A program made the translations under genes and the position numbers. Positions 49,504-57,018 of a DNA stretch of 64,000 nt are shown here, piece by piece. The DNA comes from Candidatus Eiseniibacteriota bacterium (GTDB lineage: Bacteria; Eisenbacteria; RBG-16-71-46; JABDJR01), in NCBI GenBank assembly GCA_963762255.1, contig CAVXKA010000001.1, positions 1,504,001 to 1,568,000 on the forward strand, written 5' to 3'. Under the pieces are notes generated by a model that saw only the letters and a program-made list of their open reading frames with translations, ran no database searches and was not told the origin of the DNA. Within the stretch, counting starts at the first letter, position 1. Every line of letters begins with the position of its first letter.

Positions 49504-49563
49504 GCCTAACAGTGGCACGCAGCGGGCGCCGCTACGCACCGCCGCTGATGCCATGCGGTAGGC
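49504..49563 (+). repeat. attC20 (60-bp 59-be type; GTT mutated to GGT)
   Basis: GCCTAACAGTGGCACGCAGCGG..GCTACGC..CCGCTGATGCCATGC-GGTAGGC. Confidence 0.82.
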
Positions 49564-49613
49564 TGTGAAGGCTGGTTATTGAGTGAGGGTGTGGCGTCGG
49601 AGGGACAAGATTC

Positions 49614-50003
49614 ATGCGCGCACTACCTGAGCGGTTGTTCATCGTCGCTTTCATGCCTCTTGTCTTTGGATGCGGTTCGGGTGCTGACCGTCAGGTAGTA
49701 ACCGTTGACCCGACGTATGGCTACACGGAGGAGAACCCAATCAAGGTAGGGGGGTTCGAAGAGGATCAGGGTCCGGACAACGAACAGCGCTTCCTTGAAT
49801 CACTCCGTGGACCGAAGGGCCAACGAGTTCGTTTCGAACGAAATGGTCACTGCTGCCCCTTTGCGACGCCTGCGAGTGAGCTGGGGCTTGGCTTCCTGGA
49901 CGTTTACGAAGTCACGTATGACGGCCTGGGTGTCCCCGTGAAGCTGTACATCAACATGTACGATAAGGACAAACTGCAGGCCCCCAAGGGCTTCTCGTAT
50001 TGA
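49614..50003 (+). CDS. Cassette 21: putative lipoprotein
   Basis: Lipobox VFGC; motifs YGYTEENPIKVG, LRGPKG, GHCCPF and LYINMYD. Confidence 0.75.
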   Translation: MRALPERLFIVAFMPLVFGCGSGADRQVVTVDPTYGYTEENPIKVGGFEEDQGPDNEQRFLESLRGPKGQRVRFERNGHCCPFATPASELGLGFLDVYEVTYDGLGVPVKLYINMYDKDKLQAPKGFSY

Positions 50004-50026
50004 AGGGGAATTTGAAACCCGCGGCA

Positions 50027-50129
50027 GCCCAACCTGCCGTTTCAGCCGCCGCCCGCTCCTGAGGAGTAGAATGCGGCTTTGAACGGCGGCCGGTGGTCGC
50101 GGGCGCGCCTGACCGGCAGCACGTCAGGC
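50027..50129 (+). repeat. attC21 (main family; GTT mutated to GTC)
   Basis: GCCCAAC...GTCAGGC. Confidence 0.88.
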
Positions 50130-50149
50130 GGCCCGAAGGAGTGAACTCT

Positions 50150-50593
50150 ATGACATCCTCAGCCTTGGTGCCCAAGGAGGAGGTTCGGCGTGCGTGCGAG
50201 AGTCTTGGCATCAAGGATTGGAGCACTGTCACAGAGTTGACAGTGTCTGCCGATGAAGCACGAGCGATCCTCAAAGAGATCGGCGGCGAAGCCCGTGAGG
50301 TCGGCCTGGAGGATTTCCGCCACGGCCTGCAGATCGAACTCGAGCACGGTACCCGCTTCCCGGATGCCAACGTCACTAACAACCATCCCGTCCTCACCGG
50401 AAAGATCGTCCTCGCACATCTAAAGGAATCGCTGCTTTACTACAAACGACTTGCTGTCGCCGAACTCGAGGGTGACCTCCTCAACGCGACCAAAGCACGC
50501 GACGCAGACAAGATATGGTCGGTCTATGCGCGAATTGTCTCGGCCCGCCTTGCCCTAGATCAGGCGGAGGTCGAGTATCTAGCAGATGCGTGA
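50150..50593 (+). CDS. Cassette 22: DUF5661-like protein
   Basis: FRHGLQIELEHG..NVT..TGKIVLAHLKE..YYKRL. Confidence 0.75.
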   Translation: MTSSALVPKEEVRRACESLGIKDWSTVTELTVSADEARAILKEIGGEAREVGLEDFRHGLQIELEHGTRFPDANVTNNHPVLTGKIVLAHLKESLLYYKRLAVAELEGDLLNATKARDADKIWSVYARIVSARLALDQAEVEYLADA

Positions 50594-50599
50594 GATGCC

Positions 50600-50753
50600 G
50601 CCTAACCAGGCAATGGTGCTGACCGGCCGCGGTCGGTAGCGTGCCACGGCTTTGGCCCGCCGGCCGCCGGGGCGGGTGGTTGACAAGCCGGCGGGCGGCG
50701 GTCGTCACTTCCGGGTACACCGCGGCCGGCAGTTCATTGCCGGGCCGTTATGT
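50600..50753 (+). repeat. attC22 (long, different family)
   Basis: GCCTAAC..GGCAATGGTGCTGACCGGCCGCGGT...ACCGCGGCCGGCAGTTCATTGCC..GTTATGT. The loop contains TTGACA. Confidence 0.85.
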
Positions 50754-50776
50754 GGACAATCTTGGCAGGAGCGTAA

Positions 50777-51202
50777 ATGAGATTCAGGGGGGCGATGCAG
50801 AGACTCTTGGCTCAGGCACCACGCACAATTGCTGCCGCGCTCGTATGCGTGCTGCTGGCCGGCTGTGGTGAGGATGGCGTCGTCTGTACTCATGAGTATG
50901 TTCCCGGCATCACGATTGAGGTTCGTGATGCCGCAACGGGCGCCCCTGCTGCCTGTGGAGCTACGGCTTGGTTCATATCCGGGTCGTGGTCGGAGATGAG
51001 TGAGCGCTGGTGGGGATGCGATATGCCGGATTCGCTGTACTTGCCAAGCCTGAAGGGTGCATACGAGCGCAGTGGTACTTACACGGTGTTGGTGCTCAAG
51101 GACGGGTATGCGCCATGGTCGCGAGACGAGATCGAGGTTCGCGAGGACGCCTGTCATGTCCGGACAGTTGAGCTCAAGGCCATGCTGGTCCGGAATCCTT
51201 GA
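50777..51202 (+). CDS. Cassette 23: putative lipoprotein, carboxypeptidase-regulatory-like fold
   Basis: Lipobox LAGC; motifs VRDAATGAP and GTYTVLVLKDGYAPW. Confidence 0.7.
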   Translation: MRFRGAMQRLLAQAPRTIAAALVCVLLAGCGEDGVVCTHEYVPGITIEVRDAATGAPAACGATAWFISGSWSEMSERWWGCDMPDSLYLPSLKGAYERSGTYTVLVLKDGYAPWSRDEIEVREDACHVRTVELKAMLVRNP

Positions 51203-51218
51203 GGCGCCGCGGGGCACC

Positions 51219-51320
51219 ATATAACGGGCCGCTGCAGCCGCCGCCCGCTCCTGGGGAGTAGGATGGGGCTTTGAAAGGCGTCGGGTGTCGCGGGCGCGGC
51301 TGAACGGCAGCACGTTAGAC
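51219..51320 (+). repeat. attC23 (main family)
   Basis: ATATAAC...GTTAGAC. Confidence 0.92.
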
Positions 51321-51337
51321 CGCATGTTGGAGGCAAG

Positions 51338-51913
51338 ATGAACAGAGTTGAAGGCCAGATTCGACTGCTCTGGATCGTGGTTATTCTGCAGGGCCTGGTG
51401 ATTGCTGGATTGTTTGTGATGGGAAGTGCTGGCCCACCCAGCACACTGACTTGCCGTGAGTTGATCGTGGTCGACGAGAATCAGGAGCCTAGAATCCGGC
51501 TGAAGGGCTACCCGGACAGCCAACCGCGGCAGATCCAGAGAGAGATCGCCGAGCTCTCCGCGGGCCCGGGCTACTCTCAGCTAACGCTCGTTGGGGAGAG
51601 CGCGCACTCGCGTTTGGATGCGGGCAAGTACGTGGCGTCTGTCAGTCTTCAGGCGACTCCCGACGTGAGCTCCGGGCAGGTCACTTTCTGGCCGGAGACC
51701 TCTGCATCCCTGGAAGTCGATGTTCGTCGCGAGCGTCGCGCGTGCTTCTTGGAACTACGCGATGACGACGCGCCCCGGCTGATTCTCGGCTCTTCACAGA
51801 ACAACCAGCTTTCCCTTGGGGCCAAGGGGCAGGAGCCGGAATGGGCGCCAACGTCATCGATAGTCCTGCTAGACGAGAACGGGACTGAGGTGTTCCGTGC
51901 ACCGGGCCGCTGA
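51338..51913 (+). CDS. Cassette 24: hypothetical protein with N-terminal TM anchor
   Basis: GGAGG RBS, one TM helix and repeated LxDxxGxxR-type strands. Confidence 0.65.
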   Translation: MNRVEGQIRLLWIVVILQGLVIAGLFVMGSAGPPSTLTCRELIVVDENQEPRIRLKGYPDSQPRQIQREIAELSAGPGYSQLTLVGESAHSRLDAGKYVASVSLQATPDVSSGQVTFWPETSASLEVDVRRERRACFLELRDDDAPRLILGSSQNNQLSLGAKGQEPEWAPTSSIVLLDENGTEVFRAPGR

Positions 51914-51925
51914 CGCAAGGGTTCG

Positions 51926-52027
51926 ATCTAACGGGCTGCTGCAGCCGCCGCCCGCTCCTGGGGAGTAGGATAGGGCTTTGAAGGGCGCCGGTCGTCGCGG
52001 GCGCGGCGGACCGGCAGCACGTTCGGC
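51926..52027 (+). repeat. attC24 (main family)
   Basis: ATCTAAC...GTTCGGC. Confidence 0.92.
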
Positions 52028-52071
52028 TACGATAGTAAATCATAACAACACAAAGAAAGGAGGTGATACCT

Positions 52072-52203
52072 ATGCCAAACAAAGATAAGAAAGGCCCAAA
52101 GGGGCAGGGACCGAAAGATGGGCACGGTGGAGGAAAAGGGAAAGGGAAAGGAACAAATACGCCCGCTGGTCCGAAGAAGGGCGGGAAGAAGGGCGGATGC
52201 TAA
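52072..52203 (+). CDS. Cassette 25: 43-aa Lys/Gly-rich peptide (not in the ORF track)
   Basis: Perfect SD AAAGGAGGTGAT, then MPNKDKKGPKGQGPKDGHGGGKGKGKGTNTPAGPKKGGKKGGC*. Confidence 0.75.
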   Translation: MPNKDKKGPKGQGPKDGHGGGKGKGKGTNTPAGPKKGGKKGGC

Positions 52204-52205
52204 TC

Positions 52206-52305
52206 ACCGGACCAGTCGTCGCAGGCGACGTTGCCCGCCGGGACGATTCTTCGCAGTCCTAAACGGAGTTCAGGCGGGCAGCGCGCCTGAACTCACCCGT
52301 CAGGC
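52206..52305 (+). repeat. attC25 (degenerate, different family)
   Basis: ACCGGAC..CAGGCGACGTTGCCCGCC...GGCGGGCAGCGCGCCTG..GTCAGGC. Confidence 0.65.
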
Positions 52306-52327
52306 GCCTGACCGCGCTGGAGGCGTG

Positions 52328-52804
52328 ATGACGAAGATCGAGGAAAGCGTTATCGTCGACGCCCCGGTGGACGCGGTCTTCGGCTATGCGTCCGACTGGC
52401 GGAGGTGGTCTGACTGGTTTGATGGTCTGTCCGGCGTTCGGCCGACATCCGAGATGACCCGTGGTAGCGGTGCGCGCTACAGCTACAGCGTCAGAGTCAT
52501 GGGTCTCCCAGCAATCGTTGAGACGGAGATCTATGATTTCGTCGAGGGCCGGGGCTGGACCGGGGTCGGGACACGTGGTCTGCCGCATCGGACGCACTGG
52601 CTGTTCGAAGCGCAGGGCCAATCGACGAGATTCACGTACACGCTGGAGTACCGCCTGCCTGTGCCTGTGTTGGGCGCCGCGCTTGACGCTCTAGTGTTGA
52701 AGCGCGAGTGGCGTGGCATACTCCGGAGGTCTCTCTCGAACGTCCGAGGGCACTTTCTCCGATCCGCGCCGCCGGAGGTGGTGGGGGCGAGCCACGGCAC
52801 CTAG
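52328..52804 (+). CDS. Cassette 26: SRPBCC family protein
   Basis: IEESVIVDAPVDAVFGYASD...WLFE..STRFTY. Confidence 0.85.
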   Translation: MTKIEESVIVDAPVDAVFGYASDWRRWSDWFDGLSGVRPTSEMTRGSGARYSYSVRVMGLPAIVETEIYDFVEGRGWTGVGTRGLPHRTHWLFEAQGQSTRFTYTLEYRLPVPVLGAALDALVLKREWRGILRRSLSNVRGHFLRSAPPEVVGASHGT

Positions 52805-52868
52805 CTAGCGTTTGCGGCCGACGGCGCCCGCCTCCGGCGGTCACGTCGGCGTAGCTTGAGCGTTCGAC
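52799..52868 (+). repeat. attC26 (degenerate short type)
   Basis: ACCTAGC..GCCGACG..CCGCC..GGCGG..CGTCGGC..GTTCGAC. GTTCGAC pairs with GTCGAAC at 53784. Confidence 0.65.
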
Positions 52869-52893
52869 CCATCAGCGAGACAAGGGGTTCCCT

Positions 52894-53637
52894 GTGTCCG
52901 GACAACAGACGGTTCTGCTCGTCGGAGGCACCGGACGCACTGGTCGACGCGTCCTCGAACAGCTTCTGCGGCGCGGAGTCAGCGTGCGCGCGATCGTGCG
53001 GTCGACCCGCAGACTCCCGAAGGACATTACGGATGATCCGCGACTGACGATTGTCGAGGCCGACCTCCTGTCGTTAGGCGGCGAAGACCTCGTCGCGCGA
53101 ATTCGTGGCTGCGATGTAGTCGTTTCGTGTCTCGGCCATGTCATCAGCGTCAGGGGAGTGCTTGGTCCACCGCGTGATCTAGTCACGCGAGCCACTGAGC
53201 GACTCTGTCACGCGATTCAAGAGTCGCAGCCAGACACACCCGTCAAGTACATCCTCATGAGCAGCGTTTCAGTCAATAACCCCGGTGCGTCCGATCCGCG
53301 GCGAGGCACGATGGAGAAGGTATTTCTGTGGGTTCTCCGCGGGTTAGTCCCGCCGGCAAGAGACAATCAGCGAGCCGCGGATTTCCTCTCTCGCGAGATA
53401 GGGTTGGACAATCCGCTCGTGCATTGGGTTGTGGTTCGCCCGGACACCCTCCTGGAGGGTGATGTTTCGGCCTACTCGCTACACGAGAACCTCGTGACCA
53501 ACCTCTTCAAGCCGGTCAGTACCAACATGGCGAACGTTGCGCACTTCATGTGCGAGCTCGCCACTGATCCGGAAATGTGGGACAGGTGGGCGGGGCGACT
53601 GCCCGTAGTCGTCAACGCATCCAGTCCGGACGGGTGA
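52894..53637 (+). CDS. Cassette 27: NAD(P)H-binding protein (atypical SDR)
   Basis: Rossmann motif VGGTGRTG; WVVVRP. Confidence 0.85.
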   Translation: MSGQQTVLLVGGTGRTGRRVLEQLLRRGVSVRAIVRSTRRLPKDITDDPRLTIVEADLLSLGGEDLVARIRGCDVVVSCLGHVISVRGVLGPPRDLVTRATERLCHAIQESQPDTPVKYILMSSVSVNNPGASDPRRGTMEKVFLWVLRGLVPPARDNQRAADFLSREIGLDNPLVHWVVVRPDTLLEGDVSAYSLHENLVTNLFKPVSTNMANVAHFMCELATDPEMWDRWAGRLPVVVNASSPDG

Positions 53638-53783
53638 CACCCGAGGCGTAAGCACTCCCGGCATGAGCTACCGAGTGGCAGGCGATGCTGCGCCCCACGG
53701 GCCGCGAACCGAAGTCGGGGCAAGACTCTTCGTAGTTGACTTAGGGCTAGGCCGACCCGGCGCAACGCACCAGGTACGAAGCC

Positions 53784-53886
53784 GTCGAACAAGCCGCCGC
53801 AGCAGCCCCCCGCTTCTGGCGAGTAGAATGCGACCTTGATAGGCGGCCGGTCGTCGCGGATGCGGCGGACCGGCAGTACGTCAGGC
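53784..53886 (+). repeat. attC27 (main family, degenerate)
   Basis: GTCGAAC...GAGTAGAATGCG...GTCAGGC. Confidence 0.8.
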
Positions 53887-53906
53887 GCCTTGCCAGTGCC
53901 GTATCC

Positions 53907-54347
53907 TTGAACTCTGTGATTCACTACAACCCCGAAGGCCCAGTCTTAGTCTATGACGGCACCTGCAGCTTTTGCGCTGGCAGCGTGCGGCTCATTCTCA
54001 AGCACGACCGGAAGAAATTGCTGCGGTTCGCCACCCGCGATAGTAATTTCGGCCGTGGCGTTGTTCAGCGTCACCCCGAGATCGCCGATGTGGATTCGCT
54101 CCTGTGGGTAGTACCCGCCGGTCAGGACCTGGGCTCAGAATTGGTGCTCACTCGTTCCGCCGCAGCTCTGCAGGTCGCGGCCTATCTGGGGGGAATCTGG
54201 CGAGCGGCCAGGGTGGCGAGGCTGATGCCTCGTTCGCTTCGCGATGCCGTCTATGAGTTTGTGGCCAAACACCGACTCGCGCTGACTCCGGGCGCCCGGC
54301 AGTGCCTGGTCCCCACCCCAGATGAGCGATTCCGCTTTCTAGCCTGA
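53907..54347 (+). CDS. Cassette 28: DCC1-like thiol-disulfide oxidoreductase
   Basis: Motifs VYDGTCSFC and RDAVYEFVAKHR. Confidence 0.88.
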   Translation: MNSVIHYNPEGPVLVYDGTCSFCAGSVRLILKHDRKKLLRFATRDSNFGRGVVQRHPEIADVDSLLWVVPAGQDLGSELVLTRSAAALQVAAYLGGIWRAARVARLMPRSLRDAVYEFVAKHRLALTPGARQCLVPTPDERFRFLA

Positions 54348-54356
54348 AAGAGGGCC

Positions 54357-54422
54357 GCGCAACAAGCCACTGCAGCGGCCGCCCGCTCCTGCGAGTAGGT
54401 TGCGGCTTTGAAGGGCGGCCGG
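54357..54422 (+). repeat. attC28 (main family, right arm deleted)
   Basis: GCGCAACAAGCCACTGCAGCGGCCGCCCGCTCCTGCGAGTAGGTTGCGGCTTTGAAGGGCGGCCGG, after which similarity ends. Confidence 0.8.
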
Positions 54423-54520
54423 AAGCACTCACTCACGGACTCCGGCTCAGGGCGGACGACGCCCCACCTGTCCGGGTCGTGTCGGGTATGATCTGAAGAG
54501 CTAATTGGAGGATCGCACCC

Positions 54521-55411
54521 ATGCCCCGCAAGACCGCACACGATTTCGATCAGGAATTGCTCGTCCTGTTCGACGCCTACGTCCATGGGGCCATCGACCG
54601 CCGCACGTTTCTCGACAAGGCTGCCAGGTTCGCCGTCGGTGGAGTCACGGCGATGATGCTGCTTGATCAGCTGAGTCCGAACTTTGCGGCCGCGCAGGTG
54701 GTTAGCGCCGAGGACAAACGGATCGAGGCGAAGCATCTGGAGTACGACTCGCCGAAGGGCTACGCCAGAGCCCGCGGGTACTTCGTCAATCCGGCGGCGG
54801 CGAAAGGGAAGCTTCCGGGCGTCCTCGTGATCCACGAGAACCGCGGCCTCAACCCGCATATCGAAGACATCGCACGGCGCCTCGCGCTCGATGGCTTTGT
54901 CGCCTTCGCCCCCGACGCCCTCTTCTCTCTGGGTGGCTACCCCGGCGACGAAGACAAGGCGCGCGAGCTGTTCGTGAAGCTCGATCAAGCCCGGACCCGC
55001 GAAGACTTCACCGCCGCGGCAGCGTTTCTGAAAGCGCGCCCGGAGTGCACGGGCAGGGTGGGAGCGGTGGGCTTCTGCTACGGGGGAGGCATGGTGAACT
55101 ACCTGGCCACGCGTCTGGGCGGCGATCTCTCCGCCGCCGTCTGCTTCTACGGTTCCCCCCCGGACATGGAGGACGTGCCGAAGATCAAAGCACCGCTGAT
55201 TGTGCACTCCGCGGAGAAGGACGAGCGCATCAACGCCAGCTGGCCGGAGTTCGAGCGGGCTCTCAAGGCAGCGAAGGTCAAGTACGAGCGCTTCCTGTAT
55301 CCCGGTACGCTGCACGGCTTCAACAACGACACAACGCCGCGGTATGACGCGGACGCGGCCAAGCTCGCGTGGGGGAGGACGCTCGCGTTCCTCGAGAAGC
55401 ATCTGCGGTAG
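54521..55411 (+). CDS. Dienelactone hydrolase family protein (YghX-like)
   Basis: Motifs DRRTFL, HENRGLNPHIED, GFCYGG and HGFNND. Confidence 0.92.
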   Translation: MPRKTAHDFDQELLVLFDAYVHGAIDRRTFLDKAARFAVGGVTAMMLLDQLSPNFAAAQVVSAEDKRIEAKHLEYDSPKGYARARGYFVNPAAAKGKLPGVLVIHENRGLNPHIEDIARRLALDGFVAFAPDALFSLGGYPGDEDKARELFVKLDQARTREDFTAAAAFLKARPECTGRVGAVGFCYGGGMVNYLATRLGGDLSAAVCFYGSPPDMEDVPKIKAPLIVHSAEKDERINASWPEFERALKAAKVKYERFLYPGTLHGFNNDTTPRYDADAAKLAWGRTLAFLEKHLR

Positions 55412-55480
55412 CTGATGCGCCGGGCCCATCGGAACGTCAAGCTCGGCCAGTTTTGGAAACGCGCTTGACGGGGAGGCCGC

Positions 55481-55900
55481 ATGGCCTTGAGCGCATTCGA
55501 TGACAAGTCTCGTCCGCCCAAGCCTGGTGAGCTCGAAGCGGTTCTCGGCGATTCCGCCGGGCTCTGGGATGAGCTGGTTGCGCACGTGGAGGGGGCCTAC
55601 CCGCCGGTCACGCAACTCTGGAATTTCTCCGGTGCCAAGTACGGCTGGTCGCTGCGGCTCAAGCGCCGCGAGCGGATCGTGCTTTACATGACGCCGCAGC
55701 CTGGAGGCTTCCTGCTAGGCGTCGTCTTGGGCGAGAAGGCGGCGAAGGCCGCGCATGATTCGGGTTTGCCAAAATCGGTCCTCATCCTGATCGACGGCGC
55801 ACCCCGCTACGCCGAGGGTCGGGGCATCCGCCTCGTTGTCTCGAGCGCAGGCGACCTCGCTGCGGCGCGGACGCTCGCTGCGCTCAAGATGGCCACGTGA
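55481..55900 (+). CDS. DUF3788-like protein
   Basis: Motifs KYGWSLRLK and YAEGRGIRL. Confidence 0.75.
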   Translation: MALSAFDDKSRPPKPGELEAVLGDSAGLWDELVAHVEGAYPPVTQLWNFSGAKYGWSLRLKRRERIVLYMTPQPGGFLLGVVLGEKAAKAAHDSGLPKSVLILIDGAPRYAEGRGIRLVVSSAGDLAAARTLAALKMAT

Positions 55901-55938
55901 CGGCACTACGTCAGGCGAATCGGAGGGTTGGCAGGGTC

Positions 55939-56040
55939 GCCCGACCGGGCGTTGCCGCCGGCGTCCGCTCCCGGGGAGTAGAATCCGGCTTTGCGGGCGG
56001 CCGGTCATTGCGGTCGCGGCGGACCGGCCGCACGAGAGGA
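55939..56040 (+). repeat. attC29 (main family, both boxes degenerate)
   Basis: GCCCGAC...CCGCTCCCGGGGAGTAGAATCCGGCTTTG...CGGACCGGCCGCAC-GAGAGGA. Confidence 0.75.
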
Positions 56041-56046
56041 GGGAGT

Positions 56047-56562
56047 ATGCGACGACCCGTAGTTGCTGCGCTGTTTCTTCTTGTCGTTGGGTGTCGCTCG
56101 AGCAGCGAGATATCGGCGGGCTCGCTCCGAGGCGACTTCGGCCGCATTGGCGCTGTAGAAATCGGTATGTCACAAGAGGAAATCAGGGTAGCGCTGGGGG
56201 CCGAGCCAGCCCCAGTCTCCCCGGTTCCATCGGAAGAGCGATCCTGCTACTACCTTTCCATCGAGGGCCAGCCAACCGGCGTGCGCTTCATGATGAACCA
56301 GGATCGGCTGGTGCGTTACGAGGTCGTCGACCCATCTATTCGTACCGCAAAGAACGTCGGGATCGGGAGTACCGAGAACGAAGTCCAAGCCGCCTATGAC
56401 AGGCGAGTTTCTATCCTGCCGCACAAGTACACCCAAGGACATTACCTCGTCGTCGCCGGTCCCAAGGGCTTGAAGCTCCTGTTCGAGACCGACGGCGCCG
56501 TTGTTACCACGTTTCGCGCCGGCCGCGAGCCCGAGGTCAGCTACGTTGAGGGTTGCTCATGA
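56047..56562 (+). CDS. Putative lipoprotein
   Basis: Lipobox VVGC; motifs IGAVEIGMS, VGIGSTE and terminal VEGCS. Confidence 0.75.
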   Translation: MRRPVVAALFLLVVGCRSSSEISAGSLRGDFGRIGAVEIGMSQEEIRVALGAEPAPVSPVPSEERSCYYLSIEGQPTGVRFMMNQDRLVRYEVVDPSIRTAKNVGIGSTENEVQAAYDRRVSILPHKYTQGHYLVVAGPKGLKLLFETDGAVVTTFRAGREPEVSYVEGCS

Positions 56563-56725
56563 GCGAATTCCCGCCCGGCGATCCGCGTCCGCTTCTGAAG
56601 CTGACGACAGGCGGCCGGACATGGACCGGTAAGGAAGCCGGACAACCGCTCGCCGAAAGGAGACGATCGATGCCGCGGGTGGTCAACATCGCTGACTGCT
56701 TCGGGAGACTTGCGGGCACCTGACC

Positions 56726-56974
56726 ATGGTCGAAATGTCGAATTGCCCGCCGCGAGCAGGACTGCCTGCCGTGGCGGTTCGGGAACGGGCCTTCCTACCG
56801 ACGGAGCTCACTCTGCTCTTCCGCCTCACGGGTATGTCTGTGCTCGACATGTGGGGCGGAACCGCAGGGAACTGGGGCAGAAGGCCCCTCGATCTGGACG
56901 AGATCGAGATCATGATCGTGGCGTGCAAGATTGCCGAACCGGCAGCGCACGCGGTCGGCGGACTCGAAGTCTGA
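56726..56974 (+). pseudogene. 3' fragment of a class I methyltransferase
   Basis: RERAFLPTEL...WGGTAGNWGRRPLDLDEIEIMIVACK resembles the C-terminus of the 9737-10477 protein. No SAM-binding N-part is present. Confidence 0.55.
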
Positions 56975-57018
56975 TTGACGATCGGAAGGAACGTCTCCTT
57001 CCAGTTCCAGGAGGACCC

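Larger units (their letters stand above)
34334..56040 (+). mobile_element. Integron gene cassette array, about 28 cassettes
   Basis: Co-oriented ORFs, each closed by an RYYYAAC...GTTRRRY imperfect palindrome. The start box of nearly every cassette is complementary to its own end box. Confidence 0.96.

Noticed and set aside
34935-50150. Recurrent ORF N-termini such as MSVVAGAADRQHV and antisense TCCRSAAPAT peptides as a repeated protein domain
   Set aside because: These are translations of the attC repeat. Better starts with an RBS lie downstream of each GTT box.
34877-56040. Repeats as a CRISPR array or REP/MITE family
   Set aside because: Units are ~100 bp with RYYYAAC/GTTRRRY boxes and gene-sized spacers, an intI remnant is adjacent, and there are no cas genes. 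They are attC sites.
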